A stretch of DNA of 64,000 bases, taken from an uncultured archaeon (lineage in GTDB: Archaea > Thermoproteota > Bathyarchaeia > Bathyarchaeales > Bathycorpusculaceae). Under the pieces are notes generated by a model. It was not told where the DNA came from and did not search any database. It saw nothing but the letters and a program-made list of their open reading frames with translations. Where the stretch lies: assembly GCA_963782915.1 (NCBI GenBank), contig CAWALK010000012.1:128001-192000 (forward strand), written 5' to 3'. Made by a program: the position numbers and the translations under genes. Every line of letters starts with the position of its first letter. The first letter of the stretch is position 1. Below are positions 29,877-39,698 of this stretch, piece after piece.

Positions 29877-30035
29877 TTGCCTCCAAGAGGCGTTGAAAAC
29901 CCAAAACGCGAAAGACAATATGAACACATCAAAGAATCTGAGCTTAAGCGCGGCGTATCTGAAGAGGATGCCAAGCGTATAGCTGCAGCGACAGTGAATA
30001 AGACCCGTCGAGAAAAAGGTGAAACTAAAAGCTAA
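29877..30035 (+). CDS. Small basic protein (KRERQYEHIKES...AAATVNK family)
   Basis: TTG start after GGAAGGTGA; motif I recall from bacterial small stress-locus proteins. Confidence 0.7.
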   Translation: MPPRGVENPKRERQYEHIKESELKRGVSEEDAKRIAAATVNKTRREKGETKS

Positions 30036-30118
30036 CCTGAGGCTTATCTGCTTGTGGATTATGCCCCAACCAAACTACAACTTAAAACCAGTTTAGAAAA
30101 GTCATTAGTATAATGCAT

Positions 30119-30165
30119 TGGTTGTTGTTGAGTAAAGGGCTACCTTGGCAACAACTACTATAGAA
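30119..30165 (-). repeat. Dispersed repeat, hairpin module A
   Basis: Reverse strand reads TTCTATAGTAGTTGTTG-N18-CAACAACAACC. Confidence 0.75.
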
Positions 30166-30312
30166 TTAACCACAAAATCAAACGCTTTTTTCCCTAATTG
30201 ACCGTACCTTGTTGGCTGATTATTACCCAGAGCGCTGGGAAAAACTTATATCTACTGTTAGGATTGTTCAATTCCAGTTTATACTCAAAAAAATCAAATT
30301 GGTGAAGATGTT

Positions 30313-31992
30313 ATGTCACAAGGTGGAGGAAACATCCCCGTTCTAGTATTAAAAGAAGGCACAGGTAGAAGTACTGGCCGCGAAGCTCAAAGAAGTAACA
30401 TTATGGCTGCAAAAATCGTTGCTGAATCAGTAAAATCAACGCTTGGACCATGCGGCATGGACAAGATGCTCGTTAACAGCATGGGCGACGTTGCAATAAC
30501 CAACGACGGCGCAACCATCATGAAGGAACTTGATGTACAGCATCCAGCGGCAAAGATGCTTGTTGAAGTCGCAAAGGCACAAGATAACGAAGTCGGCGAC
30601 GGAACAACAACCGCAGTCATTCTTGCAGGTGAATTACTCGCAAAAGCCGAAGGCTTACTCGATAAGAATATTCACCCAACCGTCATCATAGAAGGCTACA
30701 AGAAGGCAAGCGAAAAAGCACAAGAAATCCTACAAACCATCGCTATGCCAGTTGCATTCGAAGACGAAAAAACACTCAAAGAAATCGCAATCACATCCAT
30801 ATCAAGCAAAAGCATCAACGTAGCTGAAGATCACTTCGCAAAAATCATCGTTGACTCAGTCAAACAAGTTTCCGAAAAAGTCGACAACAAATATGTTGCA
30901 GACATCGATTTAATCAAAATCGTTAAGAAACACGGCAAAAGCCTCGACGAAACCGAACTAGTCAAAGGCATGGTTCTTGACAAAGAAATCGCAAGCAGCG
31001 GCATGCCCAAATTGGTTGACGGCGCAAAAATCGCATTACTCAACGCTAAACTCGAAATCGAAAAAACCGAGTTCGACGCAAAAATCAACATTGAAAGCCC
31101 AGACCAAATGAAAATGTTCCTTGACGAAGAAGAACGTATGCTAAAAGAAATGGTTACCTCAGTCACCAAATCGGGTGCAAACGTTATCTTCTGCGAGAAA
31201 GGCATCGACGACATGGCACTTCACTTCCTTGGAAAAGCTGGCGTTATCGCAGTTAAAAGCGTCAGCAGCAGCGACATGGAAAAACTCAGCAAAGCAACAG
31301 GCGCAATGATTGTTGCATCTGTTAAAGAGTTAGCTCCAGCCGCGTTGGGTCAAGCTAAACGTGTTGAAGAGGTAAAAATCGGCGACGACAAACTCCTCTA
31401 CATCCGCGACTGCAAGAACCCCAAAGCCGTAACCATCGTTATCCGCGGTGCATCAAACCACGTCATCGACGAAGCAGAACGCAGCCTACACGACGGCTTA
31501 TGCGTTGTCCGCAACGTAATCGAAGACGGCAAAATCGTTGCAGGCGGCGGCTCACCCGAAGCTGAACTCTCAAAAGCCCTCAAAGCCTTCGCAGTACAAG
31601 TCGGCGGCAGAGAACAACTCGCAGTCGAAGCTTTCGCTGAAGCAGTCGAAGAAATCCCCTTGACCCTCGCAGAAAACGCAGGCTTAGACCCCATAGACAT
31701 CATGGTTGCACTCCGCGCTCAACACGAGAAAGCAGACAGCAAAACCTTTGGCATCGATGTCAACACAGGCAAAATCGTTGACATGCGCACCAAAATGGTT
31801 GTTGAACCCCTTCGCGTGAAGCAGCAAGCCATTAAATCAGCCACAGAAGCCACCAACATGATACTGAAGATCGATGATTTAATCAGCATCAAAGGCGGCA
31901 AAGGCCCCTCAATGCCTCCAGGAATGGGTGGCATGGGCGGTATGGGTGGCATGCCTCCAGGAATGGGCGGTATGGGCGGAATGCCCTACTAA
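30313..31992 (+). CDS. ths: Thermosome (group II chaperonin) subunit
   Basis: [24 protein letters not shown]-terminal GGM repeats. Confidence 0.97.
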   Translation: MSQGGGNIPVLVLKEGTGRSTGREAQRSNIMAAKIVAESVKSTLGPCGMDKMLVNSMGDVAITNDGATIMKELDVQHPAAKMLVEVAKAQDNEVGDGTTTAVILAGELLAKAEGLLDKNIHPTVIIEGYKKASEKAQEILQTIAMPVAFEDEKTLKEIAITSISSKSINVAEDHFAKIIVDSVKQVSEKVDNKYVADIDLIKIVKKHGKSLDETELVKGMVLDKEIASSGMPKLVDGAKIALLNAKLEIEKTEFDAKINIESPDQMKMFLDEEERMLKEMVTSVTKSGANVIFCEKGIDDMALHFLGKAGVIAVKSVSSSDMEKLSKATGAMIVASVKELAPAALGQAKRVEEVKIGDDKLLYIRDCKNPKAVTIVIRGASNHVIDEAERSLHDGLCVVRNVIEDGKIVAGGGSPEAELSKALKAFAVQVGGREQLAVEAFAEAVEEIPLTLAENAGLDPIDIMVALRAQHEKADSKTFGIDVNTGKIVDMRTKMVVEPLRVKQQAIKSATEATNMILKIDDLISIKGGKGPSMPPGMGGMGGMGGMPPGMGGMGGMPY

Positions 31993-32068
31993 GCCAAAAA
32001 CTTCTTTTCTTTTATTATTTTTAATTTTAAAAAATAGACTTATAGTGGCTTGTTATCAAAAAATTTGG

Positions 32069-32305
32069 TTATTTAAAGCCTATTTTAAAGCTCTTAAGCT
32101 GTTTCTGCTTGCCCTTCTTTGTGATATAGTATTTTCCGTCTTGGGTTTTACCGATTAAGCCGCCCCTCTCCATTACGTCAAGGACTGCACCGAATTCTAA
32201 GATGTCTGTGGCGGATTCTTTGTCGTAGGCTTTCTTTTCTTTTAGGGTGGTCTCTATTTTACAGCATGAACTGATAATGATGCCTTCACTTTCAATTTGT
32301 TCCAT
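32069..32305 (-). CDS. Small hypothetical protein, possible winged helix
   Basis: LDVMERGGLI...YYITKKG pattern; ATG 32305 after a purine-rich stretch. Confidence 0.45.
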   Translation of the reverse strand: MEQIESEGIIISSCCKIETTLKEKKAYDKESATDILEFGAVLDVMERGGLIGKTQDGKYYITKKGKQKQLKSFKIGFK

Positions 32306-32452
32306 TGGTTTCCCCTCGGATAACAAGTAAGATTGTGGTTGTTTTTGGTTGATTAGGCTTATGAATCCAGACTCTATATCGCCAATAGCTAACGAGTCCC
32401 CCTTTATCCAAAACACTTAAGCCTCAAAGCAACAATCTCTTAAGAGAACAGC

Positions 32453-33184
32453 ATGAAGCACGTAAAGATTTCAGCGTTTGACCTCCCCGACGCATGGTTC
32501 AAAGCCCTAAATGCTATCTGGAAAGAAGGCGACATTTTCCCCGTTGGCTTCGGCTCTGAGGAAACCGAAACCAAAAAACTCAACTTAACAATCGAAATCG
32601 AGCACCCAGAAAACCGTCCGCTTGTCAGCGATAAAGCTCCATGCGACTTCAAATACGTGCAAGGCTACGCATTAGAATACCTCTGGTGCGGTGAGAAGAA
32701 AGAGGATGAAACCTACACCTACGGCAGCCGTCTCAATGATCCAGTTAACCAAGTTGAAGAAGCGATTAAGCGGTACATCGAGGAGCAACGGGATCGCCAA
32801 GTTACCATGGTTATTAGGCGTCCCGAAGATATAATGAAATTTGATGCTAACGGGCACAAAAGTGAACCGCCCTGCCTCAGCTTAATTGATACTGAGGTTC
32901 TCGATGGTCAAATGCACCTAACTTGCTATTTCCGCAGTTGGGACGCATTCGGCGGTTTACCAGCAAACATCGCTGGGCTGCAGCTTTTCAACGAAGCTTT
33001 CGTTGCAGAAATCAACGAACGCGGCAACCTATCCCTAAAAACAGGAAAACTGATTTTCCACTCTAAAAACTGCCATATCTATCAGCGCCAATACAACCTA
33101 GTAAAAGAACTGTTGGAGCCCAAAGACAGCGCTAAGAGTACTAGATTGGCAAAAACGATGAAGGAAAATGGGGTCCAGAGTTAA
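32453..33184 (+). CDS. thyA: Archaeal thymidylate synthase (ThyA-type)
   Basis: YTYGSRL, PPCL, FRSWD, GLPANI, HIY. Confidence 0.85.
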   Translation: MKHVKISAFDLPDAWFKALNAIWKEGDIFPVGFGSEETETKKLNLTIEIEHPENRPLVSDKAPCDFKYVQGYALEYLWCGEKKEDETYTYGSRLNDPVNQVEEAIKRYIEEQRDRQVTMVIRRPEDIMKFDANGHKSEPPCLSLIDTEVLDGQMHLTCYFRSWDAFGGLPANIAGLQLFNEAFVAEINERGNLSLKTGKLIFHSKNCHIYQRQYNLVKELLEPKDSAKSTRLAKTMKENGVQS

Positions 33185-34550
33185 CTTCCTTCTTTATTGG
33201 GTAGCCAAGGTTTGTCCAAGCGGTCATGCCTCCAAGTACATTACTTAGGTTAGTGTAGCCTGCCCTTTCTAGGATGCTAAGTGCGATGCTGGTTCTGTTG
33301 CCGACTGAGCATGTGATTGCGATTGGCTCATCTTTGGGCAATGTACCTGTTTTCTCTGGCAGATCGGCGAAATGAATCAGTGTTGCGCCTTCGATGTAGC
33401 CGTCTTCTGTCCATTCATGCGGCTCCCTAACATCTAAAAGCGTTATCTCGTCTTTGGAGAGCTTTGTTTTGAGTTCAGTTGAGGATATTGTTTTGAAGCT
33501 GCGAATGGGTCTTCCTGCTTCCTGCCAAGTATTCATGCCGCCGCAAAGGTAACCGCACATGTTATCAAAGCCTAATCTGCGAAATCGGGGAGTTGCAACA
33601 TCGATGTCTTCTTGGCGTTCATGCACAAAGACGATGTATTGGTTGGTATCCATGAGCCAGCCTGGATAAACGCTGGTGCCGCCCAGCCACATGCTCAGCG
33701 AGTTAGGAATATGTGAACCTGCAAAGGCGTAAGGTAAGCGGGTGTCGATGATTATCATGTTTTGTTCTTGCATTTCTTCCTCAAATGCAGGTAGCAGCAT
33801 TGGTCTGGGATACGCCATTTCGGTTAGTAACGGTGGTCCATTGAGGTTGAAATCTTCCATACGTTTGAAGTAACGTGGTACAACCAAGTTTTCGCTCGTG
33901 GATTTTTGGATGAATTCTTCTTTGTCAAGTTGGAGATATGGGTTCGTTCGTTTTTCGTATCCGATGGTGGTGGGTTCTTGTCCGCTGATTCCGCTTCCGC
34001 AGATGCTGCCAGCGCCATGCGCAGGATAAACAAGCACACTATTACCAAGAATCAGTAGCTTCTCGTTTAGGCTATCATAGAGTTTTTCAGCTTGGGTTGG
34101 CTGTGCCTGTTTGCCGTAAAGGTCGGTGCGCCCAACAGAACCTGCGAAGAGGGTATCGCCCGTGAAAACCATCTGCGGCTCCGAGCCTTCAAAGGTTATG
34201 TAGCTTAGCGATTCGTTTGTGTGCCCAGGGGTGTAGGCGGTTTTTATTTTTGTGTTGCCAACGTTGAGGGTTTCGCCATCCGATAGGTTGTGTTCGCCAT
34301 ACTTGAAGGGCAACTCGTTGCTGTGGGCGATTTCTGCTTCAGTCATGTTTTGGAGCTCCAGCGAGCCTGTGACGTAGTCTTCGTTTCTGTGGGTTTCGAG
34401 TATGTATTTGATTTTGGTGCAGTCATGGGCGGCGAGTTGGGTGTAGATTGTGCAGTCGCGGCGTGGGTCTATGACGGCGGCTTCGTCTCCGCTGGTTAAG
34501 TAGTAGCTGTTGTGGGCTAAACCCTCAGATTTGACAACTTTAACTTTCAT
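33141..34550 (-). CDS. MBL-fold hydrolase with two rhodanese domains (persulfide dioxygenase/sulfurtransferase-like)
   Basis: ETHRNEDY, TPGHT, FTGDTLF..GRTDL, PAHGAGSICG, LDVRE, CSVGNRT. Confidence 0.9.
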   Translation of the reverse strand: MKVKVVKSEGLAHNSYYLTSGDEAAVIDPRRDCTIYTQLAAHDCTKIKYILETHRNEDYVTGSLELQNMTEAEIAHSNELPFKYGEHNLSDGETLNVGNTKIKTAYTPGHTNESLSYITFEGSEPQMVFTGDTLFAGSVGRTDLYGKQAQPTQAEKLYDSLNEKLLILGNSVLVYPAHGAGSICGSGISGQEPTTIGYEKRTNPYLQLDKEEFIQKSTSENLVVPRYFKRMEDFNLNGPPLLTEMAYPRPMLLPAFEEEMQEQNMIIIDTRLPYAFAGSHIPNSLSMWLGGTSVYPGWLMDTNQYIVFVHERQEDIDVATPRFRRLGFDNMCGYLCGGMNTWQEAGRPIRSFKTISSTELKTKLSKDEITLLDVREPHEWTEDGYIEGATLIHFADLPEKTGTLPKDEPIAITCSVGNRTSIALSILERAGYTNLSNVLGGMTAWTNLGYPIKKEVNSGPHFPSSFLPI

Positions 34551-34559
34551 GTTGATCGC

Positions 34560-34982
34560 CTAATCGGTCCAGTCCAGCAGCCGCCGCTCGCCCTTCAAAG
34601 CTTGAATCTCCGTTACATCCTGCACCACTTCCACCGTACCCAAATACTTGCCCTCCGCATCCCGCACAGCGAAAAACCGAATAAAAATCAAGCGTCCATG
34701 CGAGTTTATCCAGAATTCAGCGGCGTTTTTGGTGCCTGACCTAAATGATTCGGTTATCCTGTTTACTGTGTCTAAGCTTTTGGATGGGTGGCAGTTTTGC
34801 ACTTTCATGCCTATGACGCCTTTGGTGCGTAGGAAAATCATTTTGGGTGGGTTGTTGAAGTAGCGGACGGTGTCAGTGTGGTCGATGAAGGTGATTTCGA
34901 TTGGAAGTGTGTTTAGTAGGGGGTTTAGGATGGTTTGGGTTAAAGCTCCGAAATCAAACTGGACACTGTTTGGTTGAGACAA
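34560..34982 (-). CDS. Stand-alone PAS-domain protein (DUF438 C-terminal-like)
   Basis: LPIEITFID, VQNCHP, EFWIN, YLGTVEVVQD. Confidence 0.85.
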   Translation of the reverse strand: MSQPNSVQFDFGALTQTILNPLLNTLPIEITFIDHTDTVRYFNNPPKMIFLRTKGVIGMKVQNCHPSKSLDTVNRITESFRSGTKNAAEFWINSHGRLIFIRFFAVRDAEGKYLGTVEVVQDVTEIQALKGERRLLDWTD

Positions 34983-35091
34983 AAAAATATTCCTCTACAT
35001 TAAACTACAGATTGTTTGTGATTTAATCCTTTCCAAAAATGCAATTAACCCTTAAAAGTGCAGGTTCCCTAAAGTTATTCGAGACACGTTT

Positions 35092-35634
35092 ATGGGTCGC
35101 AATTTGGCGTCTTGGAACCTGCTTGAGGATATGATGCTTGAACTCAAAAGATCAGGAGTAACAATTCCCGATAAAGTCATTGAAGACCTCCGTTCAGTCC
35201 AATCCCTGATAAAATTGGGTTGTATGCCCGGCAGCGGCGATGCAATCCAGAAAGCGGAAGCGTTGATGGGGAATGTGGAGGCTTTTGTGGTTACCGAGGG
35301 GCAGAAAATGTTTGGGGAAGAGAAGGTTGACGTGTGGCTTAGGCGCTTAGAAGAGGCTAATATGGAAGTCTGCGAACCCACTGGGAAATCAGTTGTGGTT
35401 GGGGATAAGTTTGTGACGGGTGTACCACGCGACCAAAAATGGGTCAGGATTGAACCGATAGGTGATATTACAGCCGTGAAGGTTGAGCTGATTGCCAAGG
35501 AACAGAACTTGCAAGTGAAAACTCAGCCGGATGGGAAACTTGTGGTTTATGGGCAACCGGAAAACCTCAAAGCCTTCCTCAAAAAAATGACCGCTGAAAA
35601 GCCAAACCATAAGCGCCATGTTTCCACAATATAG
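35092..35634 (+). CDS. DUF2096-like protein
   Basis: W..L..M..EL...G..IP..V..DLR pattern. Confidence 0.6.
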   Translation: MGRNLASWNLLEDMMLELKRSGVTIPDKVIEDLRSVQSLIKLGCMPGSGDAIQKAEALMGNVEAFVVTEGQKMFGEEKVDVWLRRLEEANMEVCEPTGKSVVVGDKFVTGVPRDQKWVRIEPIGDITAVKVELIAKEQNLQVKTQPDGKLVVYGQPENLKAFLKKMTAEKPNHKRHVSTI

Positions 35635-35745
35635 CGTGATGGCAAACAAGCAATTGCAATTGCACCCGAAAAACAAGCCTCACCCAACAAACCCCTAATC
35701 GAAACAAAAAAAACCTCAACAAATGCATGGGTACCTGCCTTGGAA

Positions 35746-35800
35746 GCCAGCATTTGTCCGGCCTATAAATAAGGGAGGGGACATATGTGAAAGCAATAAC
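35746..35800 (-). repeat. Dispersed repeat, module C
   Basis: Reverse strand CCCCTCCCTTATTTATAGGCCGGACAAATGCTGG versus CCCCTCCCTTATTTATAGACTAACAACTGCTGG at 37791. Confidence 0.78.
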
Positions 35801-35908
35801 GTCTGCTGATTTTTCGGCATTGTCTATTGAAAACAAAATGGCACTATCGCTTCGGGGCTTCGATATGTTTTTACGTTTAAGCCCTCTCTCCTACAAGTGT
35901 GAGCTGCC

Positions 35909-37138
35909 ATGATTAGGAAACTGTTTACGTTTGAGGAAGCTAAGCGCGCTATTGAAGCATGTTTTAAGCCGGTATCGTTGGGTGACGAAGAAACTGTGTT
36001 GCTCGAAGCCTTCAATCGTGTGCTTAGCGAAGATATAGTTTCGCCTTTTGATATTCCGGGGTTTAACAGTTCACGTTTGGCCGGTTACGCGGTGAGGGCT
36101 GCGGATACGGTTTTGGCAAATGAGGATCAACCGGTATCTCTTACTGTCTCTGGCAGTTTAACCGTCGGCGAAACACCCAAACTCGCCCTCGCCAAAGGTG
36201 AAGCCGCCGAAGTAGCCGCAGGTGCAGTGCTTCCGCAAGGCGCAGACGCAGTCATCGCCATCGAAGACGCTGAACGCGAAGACGACACACTCCAAATCTA
36301 CAGCCCAGCCACATCAGGCGATAACATGCGTGTGCAGGGTTCAGACATAAAAGCCGGCTCTGTGGCGCTCAAGAAAGGTCAACTGTTGGGTTCAACAGAA
36401 ATCGGGGTCTTGGCAGCTTTAGGTTACAAGCAGTTGAAGGTCCTAAAAATTCCGATGATCGCGGTTTTATCCATCGGTAACGAAGTCACCGAACTCGGCA
36501 AGCCCCTTTCGCCCGGTAAAAGTTATGATTTGAACTCTTACGGTTTAAGCACTGCTGTTATGGAATGCGGCGCTAAACCCGTCTATTTCGGTGTAGTTCC
36601 CGAAGATAAGGCGGCTATCCAGCGGGTTTTAGCTGCTGCGGTAGCTTCCACTGACATGGTTATAGCCTGCACCGACAACCCCGACGTGGCCGAAATCGTT
36701 GATTTGCTGGGCAAACCCGGCATCGTCGTCAACGGTATAGCAGCAAAACCCGGGAAATCAACCGCAGCCGCCTTCATCGGCGACAAACCGGTCTTTCTAT
36801 TACCCAGCAACCCCTCCGCTGCATTATTGATGTATCAACTATTCGCTCGGGTGCTTGTGCAGCGTTTAGGCGGCAGACCAACCGCAGGCTTAAAAGCAGT
36901 CAACGCATATGCCGGCTCAAAAATCTTCAGCGCCAAAGGCAGCCGAACCTTCACTATGGTGCAGTTGCAATTTGATGAACAATGCCGCTTAATCGCCCAA
37001 CCCATCGACGCTGCAGGTCCTGTTTCAGCTTTGGCGTGTGCTGATGGGTTTGTGCAGATAGAAGAAAACGAGCAATTCTTAGATGTTGACCAGGAAGTTA
37101 CGGTTATGCTGCTGCGGGGTTCAGCCGCAAAAGCTTAG
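35909..37138 (+). CDS. moeA: Molybdopterin molybdenumtransferase MoeA-like
   Basis: RVLSEDI, GYAV, PQGADAV, SIGNE, KPGK, LPSNP, ADGFV. Confidence 0.88.
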   Translation: MIRKLFTFEEAKRAIEACFKPVSLGDEETVLLEAFNRVLSEDIVSPFDIPGFNSSRLAGYAVRAADTVLANEDQPVSLTVSGSLTVGETPKLALAKGEAAEVAAGAVLPQGADAVIAIEDAEREDDTLQIYSPATSGDNMRVQGSDIKAGSVALKKGQLLGSTEIGVLAALGYKQLKVLKIPMIAVLSIGNEVTELGKPLSPGKSYDLNSYGLSTAVMECGAKPVYFGVVPEDKAAIQRVLAAAVASTDMVIACTDNPDVAEIVDLLGKPGIVVNGIAAKPGKSTAAAFIGDKPVFLLPSNPSAALLMYQLFARVLVQRLGGRPTAGLKAVNAYAGSKIFSAKGSRTFTMVQLQFDEQCRLIAQPIDAAGPVSALACADGFVQIEENEQFLDVDQEVTVMLLRGSAAKA

Positions 37139-37139
37139 C

Positions 37140-37487
37140 TTACTCATTTCTTTTAAGAAGCATCTGTACCGTGAATACCCAGGCAAGCACCAGATAGGGC
37201 AGCATCAATGCTGTGACTAATAGGTTGCTAAAGCCCACTGAATAGAGTGTGACGCCTGAGAACACAGTGATTGTGACTAACATAATGAAAACCAGCCATG
37301 GCGCCCAAGCACGCTTAGTAAACAGGCTATAAGCGGTTATGAGGCTCACGATGCCTAAAAAGCCCATGTGCGGTGGAAAACCGGTGAATGGCAGAAACGC
37401 AAGGAGCAGGATGCCTGTTACAGTGTAGAATGCTATGTTTGCGAGTTGGATGCGGTTGAAGCTTTTGAGTTTGGTTGCTATGGACAC
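37140..37487 (-). CDS. Hypothetical 4-TM membrane protein
   Basis: Hydrophobic ORF with archaeal promoter-like sequence upstream. Confidence 0.65.
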   Translation of the reverse strand: MSIATKLKSFNRIQLANIAFYTVTGILLLAFLPFTGFPPHMGFLGIVSLITAYSLFTKRAWAPWLVFIMLVTITVFSGVTLYSVGFSNLLVTALMLPYLVLAWVFTVQMLLKRNE

Positions 37488-37609
37488 GGTTGGTTCGCCT
37501 TTACCTTTAGCAGTAGGGGTTAAATTAATAAATTTACCCTATTTTATCCAAAATGATGGTGTCTGCGAATGTGGACTTGACCGAAAAACGCTCTTTTTGT
37601 CTAAAGCGC

Positions 37610-37930
37610 TTTTTTCTATAGTTGTTGGTGAAAAGCTGCTATACACAACAACTACCAGCAGGCTTAGTTTTGGCGTCTGTTTTTAGTGAGGCGTTGGTGG
37701 CAAGTTGCAGACTGGTTGCGGAGACTTTTGCAAGCAGATCAGTTCGGCTACACCTTAGGTTTAGGGACCTACCTACCTCAGAGCACCTACCCCCTCCCTT
37801 ATTTATAGACTAACAACTGCTGGGTTGGAGCGTTATGGGTTTGTTGTTTGTTAGGCGGGGGTTTGGGTTGATGTGGGGTTGTTGGGTTTTGAAGTGGTTT
37901 TGTATGCAACTGTTTTGGGTTTGGTTGATG
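37610..37930 (+). repeat. Most complete copy of the dispersed modular repeat (modules A+B+C); MITE/REP-like or ncRNA
   Basis: Contains hairpin A (37610-37660), B (37661-37735, near-identical to the reverse of 59826-59900) and C (37769-37823). Confidence 0.8.
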
Positions 37931-37947
37931 CTTCGCGTACCGAAAAA

Positions 37948-38367
37948 TTACTGCAAGTCATTTCTTTTCATGAACTTCTCAAGTAATCCCAAAAAAGTCC
38001 GTTGCTCCTCAACCGTTAAATTAGCCATGTGCTTTTTAACATAGCCAGCGAGTACTTCTTCTTTTGTTTGCAGCCACCTTTTGCCTTTCTCAGTTGGGAC
38101 CACATAGGTGTTTCTGCGGTTAGCCTCATCTTTCACACGCAAAACGTACCCTTTCTTCTCGAGATTGTCAACGTAGCCTGAGGCGGTGCTTTTTTTAATG
38201 TCAAACATCTCGGATATGTCGGTCACTTGGAGTTTTTTTAGGTGGGCGTTGTAGAGGATGGCGGTGGCGATGGGGGATAGGTCGCTTTTTCTGCCTTTTT
38301 GGAGTCCGAGTGTCATGCTGACGGCTTCGTGTATGAGGTTGAGGGTGCGCTGGAGTTCGGTTTCCAT
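37948..38367 (-). CDS. MarR-family regulator
   Basis: KSTASGYVDNLEKKGYV.R..DEANRR...PTEKG. Confidence 0.9.
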   Translation of the reverse strand: METELQRTLNLIHEAVSMTLGLQKGRKSDLSPIATAILYNAHLKKLQVTDISEMFDIKKSTASGYVDNLEKKGYVLRVKDEANRRNTYVVPTEKGKRWLQTKEEVLAGYVKKHMANLTVEEQRTFLGLLEKFMKRNDLQ

Positions 38368-38407
38368 GTGGTTATGTTTGGTTGGGTGGTATAAAAGATG
38401 TGTGTAT

Positions 38408-38454
38408 AGTTAGGTTAGGCTAAATATTTATTAAACAGTTAGCATAAGCTAACT
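38408..38454. promoter_or_regulatory. Probable MarR operators
   Basis: AGTTAGC-ATAA-GCTAACT (38437-38454) and a degenerate copy AGTTAGGTTAGGCTAAAT (38408-38425) in the divergent promoter. Confidence 0.6.
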
Positions 38455-38471
38455 ATTCGGGCGAGTAACCA

Positions 38472-38891
38472 ATGAACAAACAACACAAAATCCTCCTACT
38501 ACGAATCAGCTTCTGGGTAGGCGCCATAATCGACGGCTTCGTTGCAATACAACTACTAATACCCAGTTTCTGGGCTTCCTTTAGCGGCTTAACAAGCTAT
38601 ACACCAAGCGCCACACTCAGCTTTGGGCTCATCATTGCAAGCTCGCTGATGTGGGGTTGGACTGGGCTGCTGATTTGGGCAGATAGAAAGCCACTGGAAA
38701 GAAAGGGCATCTTGCTTTTGACAACATTTCCTGTAGTTTTTGGTTTGGCAGCAAACAACATTTACGCAACTGCATCAGGACTGATAATGCTTCAATCTGT
38801 GCTGGTGCCACTGGCGATTCAATGCATACTAACCGCTCTGTTCCTGTACAGCTACATCAACGCCCGAAAAGAAACCCCGTCTGGCCAATGA
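38472..38891 (+). CDS. Hypothetical membrane protein
   Basis: Four TM segments; LMWGWT.LL.WADRKP.ERKG. Confidence 0.75.
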   Translation: MNKQHKILLLRISFWVGAIIDGFVAIQLLIPSFWASFSGLTSYTPSATLSFGLIIASSLMWGWTGLLIWADRKPLERKGILLLTTFPVVFGLAANNIYATASGLIMLQSVLVPLAIQCILTALFLYSYINARKETPSGQ

Positions 38892-38942
38892 CGAATTTAA
38901 TCGTCAAAAAACCTCAAAAGCTAACAGCCACCACTAACACCT

Positions 38943-39505
38943 ATGAGCGGCATCGATTCACTCCACAAAATTCTAAAAGACCCAACCCGCAGAAAAGCCA
39001 TCCTCCTACTGAACGACGGCAGCCTAACCTACACTGAGTTAATGGATAAACTGGACATTATCAGCACGGGCACACTAAACTATCACCTTAAAGTCCTTGG
39101 TGACCTTGTTGAAAAGGATGAAACGACCAATACATACTGGCTAGCCGTGGCAAGCTTGCTTATCAGGTTTTAACACAGTTTCCAGACCAAAGCCAGCCCC
39201 TGCAGGATAAACGAATATACAAAGCATGGATAGTAATGACCGCTGCATCTGTGTTTATGGCAGTTATCAGCTGCTATTACCTCCAGATACCGCCTTTTAG
39301 AACAGCAGTGATGGTAGCTGTTTTGCTTATCACAACTGCCTTCGCATTTTACATAAGAATAAAACCGGTTTCAAGGGTTACATATGGTTTGAAAAGTTTC
39401 GTTTCCACGTTTACCTTATGTGCCGTGTTTTTTTTGCTGGTTTTTGCCTTCATGAAATATTCTGGGCTAACGACGATTAATGCTCCAATCGTCGGCCTAT
39501 CTTAG
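38943..39505 (+). pseudogene. ArsR-like winged HTH fused to TM helices, interrupted near 39140-39175
   Basis: LKDPTRRKAILLL..TGTLNYHLKVL, then a stop, then a hydrophobic ORF; real lesion or sequencing error. Confidence 0.55.
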
Positions 39506-39698
39506 TTTTAATGTATTAACTGCAATGCTAATGCACTTTGCTTTCCGAAGGATTTGCAGGTGAGAAAGAAGATGAAGATACGCAATTCCAAGAATAAAAC
39601 CGTAGATTTCCAATAAATGCGCCTAAGAAATGCTACTTTTATGCGCAATTGGTATTTATAGCCAGACAAACCATAGTTCCAGAATATTCTCTGGCAGG

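Noticed and set aside
31912-31990. Tandem DNA repeat at the thermosome 3' end
   Set aside because: Encodes the ordinary GGM-rich chaperonin tail.
33141-33184. Convergent 3' overlap of thyA and the MBL-rhodanese gene as antisense regulation
   Set aside because: Short, and plausibly produced by a frameshift-extended C-terminus given the error rate in this window.
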